From contig OY759974.1 in NCBI GenBank assembly GCA_963662945.1, positions 2,208,001-2,272,000 of the forward strand: a DNA stretch of 64,000 bases. Reading direction: 5' to 3'. Within the stretch, counting starts at the first letter, position 1. Each line of letters begins with the position of its first letter. The notes beneath the pieces were generated by a model that saw nothing but the letters and a program-made list of their open reading frames with translations, did not search any database and was not told where the DNA came from. The position numbers were made by a program, and so were the translations under genes. Below are positions 36,197 to 47,558 of this stretch, piece by piece. This stretch comes from Arcobacteraceae bacterium (GTDB lineage: Bacteria > Campylobacterota > Campylobacteria > Campylobacterales > Arcobacteraceae).

Positions 36197-37090
36197 ATGA
36201 ATAACATACAAGAACAAAACAATATAAATCTCGCTGTAAAATATATGCTTTTATCTTCTTTCCTTTTCGCTTTTACAGGAGGATTTGCAAAAGAACTTAG
36301 TGTTTATATGAGTTCTATTGAAGTTGTATTTTTTAGAAATTTAAGTGGTGTGATCATTATTTTATATGCCATTTATAAATCACCATTACGGCAAAAAGGG
36401 GGAAGACCTTTTTTACTTTTCGCTCGTGGTTTTATAGGTTTTACTGCACTTCTGATGTATTTTTATAATATAGCGAATATCCCTTTAGCTGAAGCAATTA
36501 CTTTTAGTAAAGTTTCTCCAATATTTACTGCAATATTTTCTTATCTTTTATTAAAGGAACGATTATCACTTCTTGCTTGGAGTGGAGTATTTGTAGGTTT
36601 TTTTGGTGTTTTATTTATTACAGGATTTGATATAACATCTTTAGATAAAACAGATTGGCTTGGTATTTTAAGTGGTGTGGGTGCTGGACTTGCTTATACT
36701 TCTATACGAGAGCTTAGAAAATATTATGATAATAAAGCAATAGTATTATCTTTTATGTTAGTTGGAACAATAGGGCCCATAGTATTAATGATAATTGGAG
36801 AATATTATACAAGTACGACTTTTGATTGGATGATAGCACCTTTTGTTATGCCATCAGGAATTGCTTGGTTTTATATAATTGGACTTGGGATATTTGCTAC
36901 ATTTTCTCAAATATATATGACGAAAGCATATTCTTTAGCACAAGGTGGAATTGTAGGAACTATTAGTTATACAAATATACTTTTTTCAATTATTATTGGT
37001 ATGTTTTTGGGTGATATGTTTCCAACATCAACAGTACTTATAGGTATTTGTTTTATAGTATTAAGTGGAATACTTGTAACAAAGAAGTGA
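36197..37090 (+). CDS. DMT/EamA family transporter
   Basis: EVVFFRN, PIFT...LKE; about 10 TM helices. Confidence 0.88.
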   Translation: MNNIQEQNNINLAVKYMLLSSFLFAFTGGFAKELSVYMSSIEVVFFRNLSGVIIILYAIYKSPLRQKGGRPFLLFARGFIGFTALLMYFYNIANIPLAEAITFSKVSPIFTAIFSYLLLKERLSLLAWSGVFVGFFGVLFITGFDITSLDKTDWLGILSGVGAGLAYTSIRELRKYYDNKAIVLSFMLVGTIGPIVLMIIGEYYTSTTFDWMIAPFVMPSGIAWFYIIGLGIFATFSQIYMTKAYSLAQGGIVGTISYTNILFSIIIGMFLGDMFPTSTVLIGICFIVLSGILVTKK

Positions 37091-37142
37091 GATGTAAAAC
37101 TATATTAGATATAATTTACATATAAAATTTTGGGAGTGAGTA

Positions 37143-37520
37143 ATGAATTTAGATAAGGTAATTTCTGGTTTTTTTATCATTTTAGCTATGACATTGAATT
37201 TTGGTTTTTTTTATGGAGATGCTTTAGATATAAATATGCATAGTAAATATGAACTATTTGCAGCTATTATAGTAAATATTATTGCCACTGTATTAAAACT
37301 TGGTGATAAAACACAAATGGGTTCAGTTCTTATAGCTACGAGTTTAGTGGCAGATTTACAACTAATAGCGGCTGCTTCAATTTGGACTATATATGGTGTA
37401 GGTGGAACAATTGAACCAGAATTATTTGGTGTTATTATTTCATTAAGTGGTGGAGCATTATTGGCTAATATAACTTCCGTAATACTTTATATTGGTGATA
37501 CTTTAAAATCAAAACGTTAA
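37143..37520 (+). CDS. DUF6394-like membrane protein
   Basis: LAMTLNFGFFYG, LKLGDKTQMG, SLVADLQL; lies upstream of the K+ channel gene. Confidence 0.7.
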   Translation: MNLDKVISGFFIILAMTLNFGFFYGDALDINMHSKYELFAAIIVNIIATVLKLGDKTQMGSVLIATSLVADLQLIAAASIWTIYGVGGTIEPELFGVIISLSGGALLANITSVILYIGDTLKSKR

Positions 37521-37563
37521 TGTTAAAAATTATAAATTAAACATACAATAAAGATATAAAATT

Positions 37564-39261
37564 ATGAATAATAGCTCATTATGGATCATTTTACAAAGGA
37601 TGAGACTCCCTTTTACAATTATAGTTCTAACATATGCTATAGCTATGGTTGGATTACTTATGATTCCTGGCATAGATGACAAAGGCAATATTTATCATCT
37701 CTCTATTTTTGATGCTTTTTATTTTATATCTTACACTGCTACAACAATAGGATTTGGAGAAACGCCATATCCTTTTACTTATGCTCAAAAGATGTGGGTG
37801 TCTGCTTCAATATATCTTACTGTTTTAGGATGGTTTTATGGTATTGGTACATTAGTTTCACTTTTACAAGATAAATTATTTTTAAGTGAGATTGCTAGGG
37901 CAAAGTTTGTGCGATCTGTAAATCGTATCAAAGAAGATTTTGTTATTATCCTTGGATATAATGAAACTACAAGTGAAATTATTCGAAAGATGATTGATGA
38001 TAATATGAGAGTTGTTGTGATTGAAAAAGAACAGCAGAGAGTTGATTATCTTAATCTTGAAGGTTTTATCCCGCATGTACCAGTGCTAGTGGCTGATGTA
38101 CATAGTCCTATTTCTTTAGAATGTGCTGGTATTAAATCAATTCATTGTAAAGCTATCATTTCATTGTTTGAAAGCAATTTGTTGAATATGAGAGTAACTT
38201 TAGCTTCTCGAATACTTAATCCTCATCTGAAAATAGCAGTACGTTCTTCTACCGATATTGAAACAGCAAATTTACTTGATGCTGGTGCAAATATTGTTGA
38301 AAATCCTCTTGAAATCATCTCTTATCAAATAAAAATGGCATTAAATTCTCCTAGTTTATTTAAACTTGAAAATTGGCTTTATAATATTGATACTCTTGAT
38401 TGTAAAACTTTCTCAATACCTAAAGAAAAGATTATGATTTGTGGTTTTGGTAGGCTTGGTAAAAGTGTCTATAATATATTTACAAATAATGGAATACAAC
38501 CAGTTGTTATAGAGATCAATATGGATGTTGTAACAGAATCTATAGCCAAAGGTCTTGATACAATTGTGTGTGGAAATGCAGAAGATAGAATATTATTAGA
38601 AAAGTTAAATATCAAAGATATGAATTTAGTAATTGTAGCTACTAATGATGATACAACAAATCTTTCGATTGTTTCAACAATTAGAAGTGTAAATAGACAT
38701 ACAATGATAATTGCAAGAGAAAATGAGTTATCAGATTTTTCAATATTTTCGAATGCAAGAATTGATCATATATTTTTGCCATCAGAGATATTGATACATA
38801 AAACAACAAATGCTATTATTAATCCTTTAAGTGAGCAATTAATACGACATTTACAATCAAAAGATGAAGAATGGGGACAACAACTTTTATCAAAATTAAT
38901 CAAAAATATTAATATAAATCCAATAACATTTGAATTAAATATAAATAAAAATGAAGCAATAGAATTATTTCACTACCTTTCTAACAGTGAAAATAAAGTA
39001 ACATTAAATGATATAAGAAAATCAAGACGAGATAGAAATCAATTTAATAACATTGTACCATTATTAATAACAAGATGCGGGGAAGATATTCTACTTCCTT
39101 CTTGTGATATAGAGTTACAGATAGGAGATAGAATACTTTTAGCATGTGATGAAAACTCACAAGATGATGTAGAATATATTGTTAATAATGTATATGAATT
39201 TCATTATATTATGACAGGACAAGACAAAAATTATTTAAATAAATTTATCAGTAGGAGTTAA
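37564..39261 (+). CDS. Potassium channel with two RCK/TrkA-N domains
   Basis: Selectivity filter TATTIGFGE; Rossmann motifs ILGYNE and ICGFGRLG. Confidence 0.9.
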   Translation: MNNSSLWIILQRMRLPFTIIVLTYAIAMVGLLMIPGIDDKGNIYHLSIFDAFYFISYTATTIGFGETPYPFTYAQKMWVSASIYLTVLGWFYGIGTLVSLLQDKLFLSEIARAKFVRSVNRIKEDFVIILGYNETTSEIIRKMIDDNMRVVVIEKEQQRVDYLNLEGFIPHVPVLVADVHSPISLECAGIKSIHCKAIISLFESNLLNMRVTLASRILNPHLKIAVRSSTDIETANLLDAGANIVENPLEIISYQIKMALNSPSLFKLENWLYNIDTLDCKTFSIPKEKIMICGFGRLGKSVYNIFTNNGIQPVVIEINMDVVTESIAKGLDTIVCGNAEDRILLEKLNIKDMNLVIVATNDDTTNLSIVSTIRSVNRHTMIIARENELSDFSIFSNARIDHIFLPSEILIHKTTNAIINPLSEQLIRHLQSKDEEWGQQLLSKLIKNININPITFELNINKNEAIELFHYLSNSENKVTLNDIRKSRRDRNQFNNIVPLLITRCGEDILLPSCDIELQIGDRILLACDENSQDDVEYIVNNVYEFHYIMTGQDKNYLNKFISRS

Positions 39262-39262
39262 A

Positions 39263-40060
39263 ATGATAATACTAACGGGACCATGTGTAATAGAAAATAG
39301 AGATAATGTTATGAAAATAGCAGAACAGTTGGCAAAATTAAATGAAAACAAACGAATAGATTTTTACTTTAAAGCAAGTTTTGATAAGGCAAATCGTACA
39401 AGTATAGATAGTTTTAGAGGACCAGGACTTGATGAGGGATTAAAAATTCTTCAAGAGGTAAAAGATACTTTTGGGTATAAACTTGTAACAGATGTACATG
39501 AAACATATCAAGTAGCCCCAACTGCAGAAGTTTGTGATGTGGTTCAAATACCAGCTTTTTTATGTAGACAAACAGATTTACTAATAGCAGCTGGACAAAC
39601 AAATGCAAAAGTAAATATAAAAAAAGGGCAGTTTTTAGCAGCAGCTAGTATGAAACATCCTGTTGCAAAAGTACTTGCAACAAGAGGTGTTCATGAAGTA
39701 AATTATGAAAACAGTAAAGAACATGGTGTATGGCTTTGTGAAAGAGGAAATGTATTTGGATATGGTGCTTTAGTTGTAGATATGAAAAATCTTATAGCTA
39801 TGAGGGAGTATGCACCTGTTATATTTGATGCAACACACTCTGCACAAGTTCCTAGTACGGGTGAAACAACTGGTGGAAATAGTGCAATAGTTCCAAGTCT
39901 TGCTAAAGCTGCTGCAGCAGTTGGTGTGGATGGATTTTTCTTTGAAACACATTTTGATCCAAGTGTAGCATTAAGTGATGGACCAAATATGTTAAAAATT
40001 GATGATTTATATAAAACAATTGATGATATTTTTAAGATTCAGGACGTTTTGGGTTATTAA
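39263..40060 (+). CDS. kdsA: KDO 8-phosphate synthase
   Basis: GPCVIE, KASFDKANRTS, QIPAFLCRQTDL, NIKKGQF motifs. Confidence 0.98.
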   Translation: MIILTGPCVIENRDNVMKIAEQLAKLNENKRIDFYFKASFDKANRTSIDSFRGPGLDEGLKILQEVKDTFGYKLVTDVHETYQVAPTAEVCDVVQIPAFLCRQTDLLIAAGQTNAKVNIKKGQFLAAASMKHPVAKVLATRGVHEVNYENSKEHGVWLCERGNVFGYGALVVDMKNLIAMREYAPVIFDATHSAQVPSTGETTGGNSAIVPSLAKAAAAVGVDGFFFETHFDPSVALSDGPNMLKIDDLYKTIDDIFKIQDVLGY

Positions 40061-40122
40061 TCAATTTTTCGATATAATCCATAACATTTAAGAAAATAGA
40101 ATACTAAAATTTGGGAGAAAAG

Positions 40123-40593
40123 ATGAATATAATAGAGGGTCAATTAAGACTAAAAGGTACTGAAAAAATCGCAATTATCAATGGTAGATTTAATCATATT
40201 ATTACAGATAGACTAGTTGAAGGTGCACAAGATGCATTTAAAAGACATGGTGGAAATGAAGAAAATCTAGACCTTATTTTAGTTCCAGGTGCATTTGAGA
40301 TACCATTTGCACTACAAAAAGCACTTAAAAGTGGAAAATATGATGCTATTTGTTGTGTTGGTGCTGTTATAAGAGGTGCTACGCCACACTTTGACTATAT
40401 ATCAGCAGAAGCTACAAAAGGAATTGCAAGTGCAACAATGCAACACAATATTCCTGTATCAAATGGAGTTCTTACAACAAATACAATAGAACAAGCAATT
40501 GAAAGAGCTGGAAGTAAAGTTGGAAACAAAGGTGCAGAAGCTATGGTAACTATTATTGAGATGTTAGATTTATATTCTCAAATGGATAAGTAA
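40123..40593 (+). CDS. ribH: 6,7-dimethyl-8-ribityllumazine synthase
   Basis: [21 protein letters not shown] and GNKG motifs. Confidence 0.98.
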   Translation: MNIIEGQLRLKGTEKIAIINGRFNHIITDRLVEGAQDAFKRHGGNEENLDLILVPGAFEIPFALQKALKSGKYDAICCVGAVIRGATPHFDYISAEATKGIASATMQHNIPVSNGVLTTNTIEQAIERAGSKVGNKGAEAMVTIIEMLDLYSQMDK

Positions 40594-40596
40594 TTT

Positions 40597-40992
40597 ATGG
40601 CGACAAGAACACAAGCTAGAGAGTCAGTAATAGGGTTATTGTACGCTTATGATTTAGGAAATGAAGCTATTGCAAAGTTTTCTGATGAAATTTTAGAAGA
40701 TAAAAAAATAAGAAACAAACAAAAAGATTTTGCTTTAAATTTATTTAATGGAACCATTGAAAATTTACAAGTTGTAGATAAAGAGATAGAAGAACATTTA
40801 AAACAAAGAGAAATAAATGACGTAGGAAGTGTTGAAAAAGCTATTTTAAGACTTTCAATTTATGAGATACTTTTTAGTGATTTAGATAAGCCAATTGTTA
40901 TAAATGAAGCGATTGAGTTATCAAAAAGATTAGCAAGTGATAATGCACCAAAGTTTATCAATGGTGTACTTGATAGTATAGAGAAAAAATAG
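40597..40992 (+). CDS. nusB: Transcription antitermination factor NusB
   Basis: [30 protein letters not shown] motifs. Confidence 0.96.
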   Translation: MATRTQARESVIGLLYAYDLGNEAIAKFSDEILEDKKIRNKQKDFALNLFNGTIENLQVVDKEIEEHLKQREINDVGSVEKAILRLSIYEILFSDLDKPIVINEAIELSKRLASDNAPKFINGVLDSIEKK

Positions 40993-40993
40993 T

Positions 40994-41677
40994 ATGAAAC
41001 TTTGTATCGCATTAGATAACCATTCAAAAGAAGAAAATCTTGAATTAGCAAAAAAAATTCAAGAGTTTGATATATGGTTAAAAGTTGGTTTTAGAAGTTA
41101 TATTAGAGATGGTAAAGAGTTTTTAGAAGAGTTAAAATCTATTAATCCAAATTTTAAAATATTTTTAGATTTAAAACTTTATGATATCCCAAATACTATG
41201 GCAGATGCAGCAGAGGAAATCTGTAAATTACCTATTGATATGTTTAATGTTCATGCTTCAGCTGGTAAAGCTGCAATGTCTACAGTTATGGAAAGAATTA
41301 AAAATGTACAGAATAGACCACTGGTATTGGCTGTAACAGCACTTACAAGTTTTGATAACGAATCATTTGCTTATATTTACAATGAAGATATAGGTCAAAA
41401 AGCTACAAAATTTGCAAGAGATACTTTTGAAGCTGGACTTGATGGTGTTGTCTGTTCTGCTTTTGAAAGTTTAGATATTAAAAATAATACTTCAAGCAAT
41501 TTTGTTACACTTACTCCTGGTATTCGACCTTTTGGGGAAGATGCAGGGGATCAACAACGAGTAGCAGATATAAATCTTGCAAAAAAAGAATTAGTTGATT
41601 TTATCGTAGTTGGAAGACCAATTTATAAATCAAATAACCCAAAAGAAGTTGTAGAAAAGATTTTAAAAAACATCTAA
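40994..41677 (+). CDS. pyrF: Orotidine-5'-phosphate decarboxylase
   Basis: [18 protein letters not shown] and VVGRPI motifs. Confidence 0.97.
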   Translation: MKLCIALDNHSKEENLELAKKIQEFDIWLKVGFRSYIRDGKEFLEELKSINPNFKIFLDLKLYDIPNTMADAAEEICKLPIDMFNVHASAGKAAMSTVMERIKNVQNRPLVLAVTALTSFDNESFAYIYNEDIGQKATKFARDTFEAGLDGVVCSAFESLDIKNNTSSNFVTLTPGIRPFGEDAGDQQRVADINLAKKELVDFIVVGRPIYKSNNPKEVVEKILKNI

Positions 41678-41724
41678 TTTTTAAGGTGTTTTTTAATATA
41701 ACTTCACTATAATTTCATCTCTTA

Positions 41725-41814
41725 GGACGAGTGGGTGAGCGGCTGAAACCACATCCCTGCTAAGGATGCGTACTGGCAACGGTACCGAGAGTTCGAACCT
41801 CTCCTCGTCCGCCA
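41725..41814 (+). tRNA. tRNA-Ser (GCT)
   Basis: GGACGAG/CTCGTCC-GCCA, anticodon loop CTGCTAA, long variable arm. Confidence 0.96.
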
Positions 41815-41959
41815 CTGTAAAAGCTTTATTCAAGGCTTTTTAAATCATCATTTTAATACTGTTCCACAATTAAATTGCAGTTTGTTTTAAACTATTAAAA
41901 TTAGATTTTCAATTTAAAAATATAATGAGAGTATTCATGATATTAAACATTTTAAATTC

Positions 41960-42316
41960 TTACTTTTTCTCTTTAAAATTTGAAATATAATCGGCAAGAA
42001 TTCTTATATCATCTTTGGACAAGTCTTTAATAATACCTGTCATTAAAGAACCAAATCTATGTCTATCTCTTTGACTTTTTTGATAAAGTGTTAGTGCCAT
42101 TTGCAGCTCTTTTTTATTATAGTATGCAATTACATCAGAGATATTTAATGCTGATTTTTCACCTTCTATACCATGACATCTTTGACATTTTTTTTGGAAA
42201 AGTATTTCTGCCTTTTCATTTTCTGCTTGTGTATTTGATACATCACTCTGAATTTTCACTTTGGTGTCACAACCACTGAAGATAACTATAAAGAGTAATA
42301 TTAGAATAAAATGCAT
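41960..42316 (-). CDS. Monoheme c-type cytochrome (c553-like) lipoprotein
   Basis: Lipobox FSGC, CQRCH, distal Met (GSLM). Confidence 0.85.
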   Translation of the reverse strand: MHFILILLFIVIFSGCDTKVKIQSDVSNTQAENEKAEILFQKKCQRCHGIEGEKSALNISDVIAYYNKKELQMALTLYQKSQRDRHRFGSLMTGIIKDLSKDDIRILADYISNFKEKK

Positions 42317-42520
42317 AACACCCTCCTGTCAAGTAATTTATTTTTAAAGATATCATATACACTATAAATATAAGGTAATATTTTTGAAGTAAATATTATT
42401 ACAATAAAATTATGGGAACAAAAATGTTTAAAAGATAGGGACAGCTATTAAGTGAATTAAAATATATCTGGTTAACTAAAGTTATTAGATATTTGAAAAA
42501 AGATAAGAAATGGAACAAGC

Positions 42521-44896
42521 CTAAAAGCTTGCCCATTCTTCGTTATCTATATGAGAATCTTTAATCGGTTCTAATTGTTTAGATGTTTTAAGTTGTGATA
42601 CAGGTTTTTCTGGAGCTTGTTTTGGTGTACCTTGTTTTGAAGTTTTAGTTTTTTGTGTACTACTTGTAGTAGCTGTTTGATGTTTATCCATAGTTTTAGC
42701 TTTTACAGAATCTTTTCCTTTAAATTCTTTTGTATCAGCATCACTTACAACAAGTTTTGCAATCTTATCTGTATCTAATGCAACATCATGAGTTTGAGAA
42801 GCTATCATTGCATTTTGTTGTGTTTGTTGGTCTAAAGAGTTAACTGCATCATTGATTTGTTCAATTCCTGTAAGTTGTTCTTTACTTGCCATCTCTACAT
42901 CTTTGATTAAATCTATTGTTTTAGAGATATTTTCATTAAGTGCTGTATATCCACTTATCATCTCTTCTGCAATTTTCTTTCCACCATTTGCTTTAGATGT
43001 TGCATTTTGAACTAGAGCTTTAATCTCATTTGCTGCATCTGCTGAACGAGATGCTAAGTTTCTAACCTCTTGAGCAACAACTGCAAATCCTTTTCCAGCT
43101 TCACCAGCAGTTGCTGCTTCTACTGCTGCATTTAGACTTAGGATATTTGTTTGGAATGCAATTTGATCAATAACAGTAATTGCTTCATTAATAGCATTTA
43201 CCTCTTTATCAATTTCATTCATAGCTTGTGTAGTTTCATTTGCCAATGCTTCACCTTTTGAAGCTGAATCTGTTACATTAGATGCTAGTTGAGACATCTC
43301 AATAATATTTTGTGTATTACTAGAGATATTTCCTGTAATCTCCTCTAAAGCTGCTGCTGTTTCTTCTAGTGCTGCTGCTGCTTCATTTGAGTTTTGGTTT
43401 AAGATATCTACATTTTTAAGAAGTATATCACTACTTGCATCTAATGTTAATCCATTTGTTTTGTTTTCTATTAACATTGTTGTGATTGCATCACCTAATG
43501 TATTTACACCATTTGCTAATTTTAAAAGATGTTCTTTTATTCCATCAGTTTTAACTTTGTTCATATAGTTACTATTTGAGTATTGTTCTAGTACCTCTAA
43601 AACATTATCAATATTTGCTTCAACATTAGAACCCATTTGATTTAATAATCTTGTTAATTCTTGTAATGCTGGGTTATTACTTGGAGTGCTTACTCTTTGA
43701 CATAGGTCACCTTGTTCAAATTCACTTAAGACTGTGATTGTATCATCGATAACTTGTCTATCTTCATCAACACCTTTTTTTGTTTTTACAATATTCTCAT
43801 TTACTACTTTTGCCATAATACCTATTTCATCATTTGTATCAATATTTATAGGTTGTGCATCTTTTGCTTCTCTATTTAAGTATTTGAAAAATCCTAAAAG
43901 ACCCTCTTGAAATACTGTTATAAGTTTTGATACATTATTTGATATTAGTACACTGATAAATCCAATTAACGCAGCTACTACAACAAATGAGAGAATAAGT
44001 GTTATTGAGAGATTACTTTTAATTTTTTCTCTTTCTGCTTTTTGGTCAGCTCTCATTGCAGTTGCAAGAGTTACAGCTTTTCTTGCAGTATCTTTCATTT
44101 TATCCGATAATACTAAAGATTGCTCTCTGTATTCGATAAATTGACTAAATGATTTATAATACTTGTCAAGTGCAATATTTGTATCATCCATCATTTTTTT
44201 GTTTTCTTCTTTTTTAAAATCTGCTTTCAAATTAGCAGTTACTTCTTTTATATTTTTAATTCTTTTATTTACTTCATCTATATACTTTTGATCTTTTCTT
44301 ATGATATAGTTTTTTTCCGCAATTCGTATCTCTTTTAGATCTTTTACTGTTCTATTAGTTAATGAAGCTTTTTCCATTTTATCAACAATCTTATCTAATG
44401 GTGCATTTGCTTTTATTAAAGTTTCTCTTTGTTTTTTCTGTTCGTTTCTTGCTTTATTGGCTAATTCTTCTACCTCTCTAGCAACTTGTTCCATATCATT
44501 TTGTTCTTTTATAGATTTATCTCGTACAGTTACATAATCCTTAAATGCCTGATGGTACTCTTCAATTGCTCTCCCAGTATTTTTCATTTGCTCTTTATTA
44601 ACTTCTTGAGAAAATTTTGGTATATACTTATTTACTATCTCAAGATTTTCCATTATGGTTTTATCAATTTCATCTACATACTTTTGGTCTTTTCTTCGGA
44701 TATAGTTTTTTTCTGATATTCTAGATTCAAGCATATTTTTTACTATTTTGTTAGCTGCACTTGATTTATCTGCTTTGTCATCTAAATTTGACATTCCATT
44801 TACCACTATTAGATATAAAATTACTAATGATACTACAATAATAGCAGGTATCATCATAAGTTTTGTTCTTATGGTCATATTGTTAAAAAAATTCAT
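42521..44896 (-). CDS. Methyl-accepting chemotaxis protein with an HBM-like duplicated helical sensor
   Basis: [34 protein letters not shown] signalling tip; C-terminal pentapeptide EWASF. Confidence 0.96.
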   Translation of the reverse strand: MNFFNNMTIRTKLMMIPAIIVVSLVILYLIVVNGMSNLDDKADKSSAANKIVKNMLESRISEKNYIRRKDQKYVDEIDKTIMENLEIVNKYIPKFSQEVNKEQMKNTGRAIEEYHQAFKDYVTVRDKSIKEQNDMEQVAREVEELANKARNEQKKQRETLIKANAPLDKIVDKMEKASLTNRTVKDLKEIRIAEKNYIIRKDQKYIDEVNKRIKNIKEVTANLKADFKKEENKKMMDDTNIALDKYYKSFSQFIEYREQSLVLSDKMKDTARKAVTLATAMRADQKAEREKIKSNLSITLILSFVVVAALIGFISVLISNNVSKLITVFQEGLLGFFKYLNREAKDAQPINIDTNDEIGIMAKVVNENIVKTKKGVDEDRQVIDDTITVLSEFEQGDLCQRVSTPSNNPALQELTRLLNQMGSNVEANIDNVLEVLEQYSNSNYMNKVKTDGIKEHLLKLANGVNTLGDAITTMLIENKTNGLTLDASSDILLKNVDILNQNSNEAAAALEETAAALEEITGNISSNTQNIIEMSQLASNVTDSASKGEALANETTQAMNEIDKEVNAINEAITVIDQIAFQTNILSLNAAVEAATAGEAGKGFAVVAQEVRNLASRSADAANEIKALVQNATSKANGGKKIAEEMISGYTALNENISKTIDLIKDVEMASKEQLTGIEQINDAVNSLDQQTQQNAMIASQTHDVALDTDKIAKLVVSDADTKEFKGKDSVKAKTMDKHQTATTSSTQKTKTSKQGTPKQAPEKPVSQLKTSKQLEPIKDSHIDNEEWASF

Positions 44897-44926
44897 TTTC
44901 CCCTCTTGATTTTTATTTATTTGAAA

Positions 44927-44960
44927 TTTATAACATTGAAAAGTGAAGAAATAGTGAAGA
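44927..44960 (-). promoter_or_regulatory. MCP promoter with response-regulator direct-repeat box
   Basis: Minus strand reads TCTTCACT-ATT-TCTTCACT-N9-TATAAA. Confidence 0.7.
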
Positions 44961-45049
44961 TTTCAGAAAAAATAATAATTTTTTATTATAGTATTTGAAA
45001 TTCTATATATAATAAAAAGTATTGTTTGAAAATAGATAATAATTATAGT

Positions 45050-45733
45050 CTAAGATGTTATTTTAAAACCTGTACCATAAACATTTTGAATTGTATTTTC
45101 TGGAAGTTTTTTTCGAATATTTTTCATCATGGTCTTGAGAGTATCGATACTATAGTTTTCAAAATCATCCCAAACCTCCATAAGTAAAGTATCATAAGAT
45201 ATTGTATTGTTGAGATTTGAGAAAAGAATACGAAGTATTTCTCTCTCTTTAGGTGTTAAATTTATTTCGATAGATCCATTAAAAAGAGTTTTCGTACGAC
45301 AATTCCAAAGGTATTTGTCTTTTAAATGGATAATTTTATTTGGAATGATACTAAAGTTTTGAATCTCTTGCAGCGCAAGTTCTAATGCACCAAATAAATC
45401 TTCTGTACTAAAAGGTTTTACGAGATATTTTGTTAGTTTCAATTCTGTTGAAAGCAAAAGTTTTTCTACGTCAGAACAGGCTGTAGTCATGATAATTCTT
45501 GTTGAATGGTCGTTGTCTCTTAGTTTTTGAGCAAATTCTATACCATTGCAATCAGGCATATTAATATCTAACAGTATAACATCTGGTTTTTTATTTTGAT
45601 AAACTTCATAAGCTTCAAGCCCATTTTTTGCAGAATTAAATTCTTTTACATCATCTTCTAAAATACATTTCATCATTTCTCGAATCTCTTTTTCATCATC
45701 TACATGTAAAAGTTTAATTTGATTTAATTTCAT
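45050..45733 (-). CDS. OmpR-family response regulator
   Basis: VDDE, LLDINMP, YLVKPF and winged-helix NVYGTGF. Confidence 0.95.
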   Translation of the reverse strand: MKLNQIKLLHVDDEKEIREMMKCILEDDVKEFNSAKNGLEAYEVYQNKKPDVILLDINMPDCNGIEFAQKLRDNDHSTRIIMTTACSDVEKLLLSTELKLTKYLVKPFSTEDLFGALELALQEIQNFSIIPNKIIHLKDKYLWNCRTKTLFNGSIEINLTPKEREILRILFSNLNNTISYDTLLMEVWDDFENYSIDTLKTMMKNIRKKLPENTIQNVYGTGFKITS

Positions 45734-47408
45734 TTATTTCCTTTGGAATTATGATAGTACAAAGTACACCATCTTTATAATTTTGAATCTCTAGAGAACC
45801 CTTCATTGATTCTTCAAGAATTATTTTACACATATATAATCCTATCCCTGTACCTTGATTTTGAAATTTTGTTGTGAAGTAAGGTTCAAAGATTCTGCTA
45901 AGAATCTCTTTGTCTATACCACCTGCATTGTCTTCTACAGTTATGACAATATCATCTTGATTGTCCTTAACTTCAATCGTTATTATCCCTTGTGCTATTC
46001 CCTTTAGAAGAACAGCATCTTTTGCATTATTTAAGATATTGAGAATTACCTGAAGTAATTCACCTCTATATCCTGTATAAGAGAAAATTTCTTTTATATT
46101 TAGATTTACTATTATGTTGACTTCCCTAAATGCATTATGTACAATTTGTAGTGCTTCATTTATAAGTTCATTGATATTAAAAAGAGTTTTGTCTTTCGTT
46201 GGTTTAAAAAAATTACTAAAATCTTCAATTGTTTTATTCATATTTTTTATGGTTGAATCTGTATTGTGTATATAATTTTTTAGAAAATCTTCATTTACTT
46301 GATTTTTTTTGAGTTTGATTTCAAGATTTATAATATTCATCGCTAATATTGATAAAGGCTGTCTCCATTGGTGGGCTATATTAGCAATCATCTCTCCCAT
46401 GGCAGCCATTTTTGCTTTTTGTTTTATAATATCATCTTGTTTAAGTTTTAGTTTGTTGAGTTTATCTATTTGCTTTTTGTCTTTTTCAAACCGATTAAAA
46501 ATAACATAGATGATTAAACTGAGTAAAAATATTATAAACATAAAACTTGATATAACGATGATGGCTCGTTTAATATAAAGAGAATGTTCTTTTTTTTGAT
46601 TTTGTTCACTTAGTTGTAATATGAGATAAAGCTTGTTCTCAAAAGGTAGATTTAATTCTTTGAAAGCAAAGCTATCTCCTTTATATAGTTTTTTATCTAA
46701 AAGAGCTAAGTATTTTGTGTCTATTTTAAAAGGTTGTTTTTGGAATTTACTCCATGACTTTTGTGATTCATAATGATGAATAATATATCCATCTTTATCA
46801 ACTATAATAGCATCAAATAAGGTTGAATCAAAAAGTTTTTCAATAATTGCTAATGCATAATAATTTAAAATAACAATTCCTTGAAATTTACCATTTGTTA
46901 TAATTGGTGTAGAGATTCTAAATGTTGGATTAAAAGGAATATCTAATTTACCATTTTCTATGTTTAAATCAAGTTTTGAAAACCATATCATTCCATCTTG
47001 AAGTTCTTTTGTTTTTTGAAAATAATATCGATTTGATTTGTCCTGAAGTGTCGTTATATGCAAAATATTATTTTTTGTATCTCTATCGTATCGTATTTTT
47101 TCTATCCCTTTTGCATCAATAAATCGTATTTGCATGATAGTTTTATCTGACTTTAGAATCGTTTTAAATAACAGTTCTACTTCTTTTTGTTTTTGTTGTT
47201 TTTGTGCATATTGTAGTAAATGAGAATTTTCTTTAACAGCTGTTAAAGTGTCTTTTGCACATGAAAGACGATCTAAAAAAAATGATTCTCTTCTATAAAT
47301 TTTTTTTAATCCATTATCTACAGTGATACTATTTAATTGTTTTTTGAATAGAGTATGATCAATATATGTATATATAATAATAAGGCAAGATGCTAGGAAA
47401 AATGTCAC
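45714..47408 (-). CDS. Cache-domain sensor histidine kinase
   Basis: IAHQWRQPL, NILNNAKDA, DNAGG and GTGIGLY motifs; the start may be a non-canonical ATA at 47444. Confidence 0.93.
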   Translation of the reverse strand: MTFFLASCLIIIYTYIDHTLFKKQLNSITVDNGLKKIYRRESFFLDRLSCAKDTLTAVKENSHLLQYAQKQQKQKEVELLFKTILKSDKTIMQIRFIDAKGIEKIRYDRDTKNNILHITTLQDKSNRYYFQKTKELQDGMIWFSKLDLNIENGKLDIPFNPTFRISTPIITNGKFQGIVILNYYALAIIEKLFDSTLFDAIIVDKDGYIIHHYESQKSWSKFQKQPFKIDTKYLALLDKKLYKGDSFAFKELNLPFENKLYLILQLSEQNQKKEHSLYIKRAIIVISSFMFIIFLLSLIIYVIFNRFEKDKKQIDKLNKLKLKQDDIIKQKAKMAAMGEMIANIAHQWRQPLSILAMNIINLEIKLKKNQVNEDFLKNYIHNTDSTIKNMNKTIEDFSNFFKPTKDKTLFNINELINEALQIVHNAFREVNIIVNLNIKEIFSYTGYRGELLQVILNILNNAKDAVLLKGIAQGIITIEVKDNQDDIVITVEDNAGGIDKEILSRIFEPYFTTKFQNQGTGIGLYMCKIILEESMKGSLEIQNYKDGVLCTIIIPKEINEIKSN

Positions 47409-47496
47409 TAATGGTGCTGTAAATTTTAAATTTCTTGTTTTTATTGTATAACCTTTATTTATATCTAATTTGTAATTATATTCAAATTTTTTAAAA

Positions 47497-47530
47497 TCTT
47501 CACTAAATCTTCACTATTCTATTTTAGAAT
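47497..47530 (+). promoter_or_regulatory. Promoter with the same direct-repeat box
   Basis: TCTTCACT-AAA-TCTTCACT-N9-TAGAAT. Confidence 0.7.
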
Positions 47531-47558
47531 TCGATTATAAAAATATTAAGGAGTTCTC

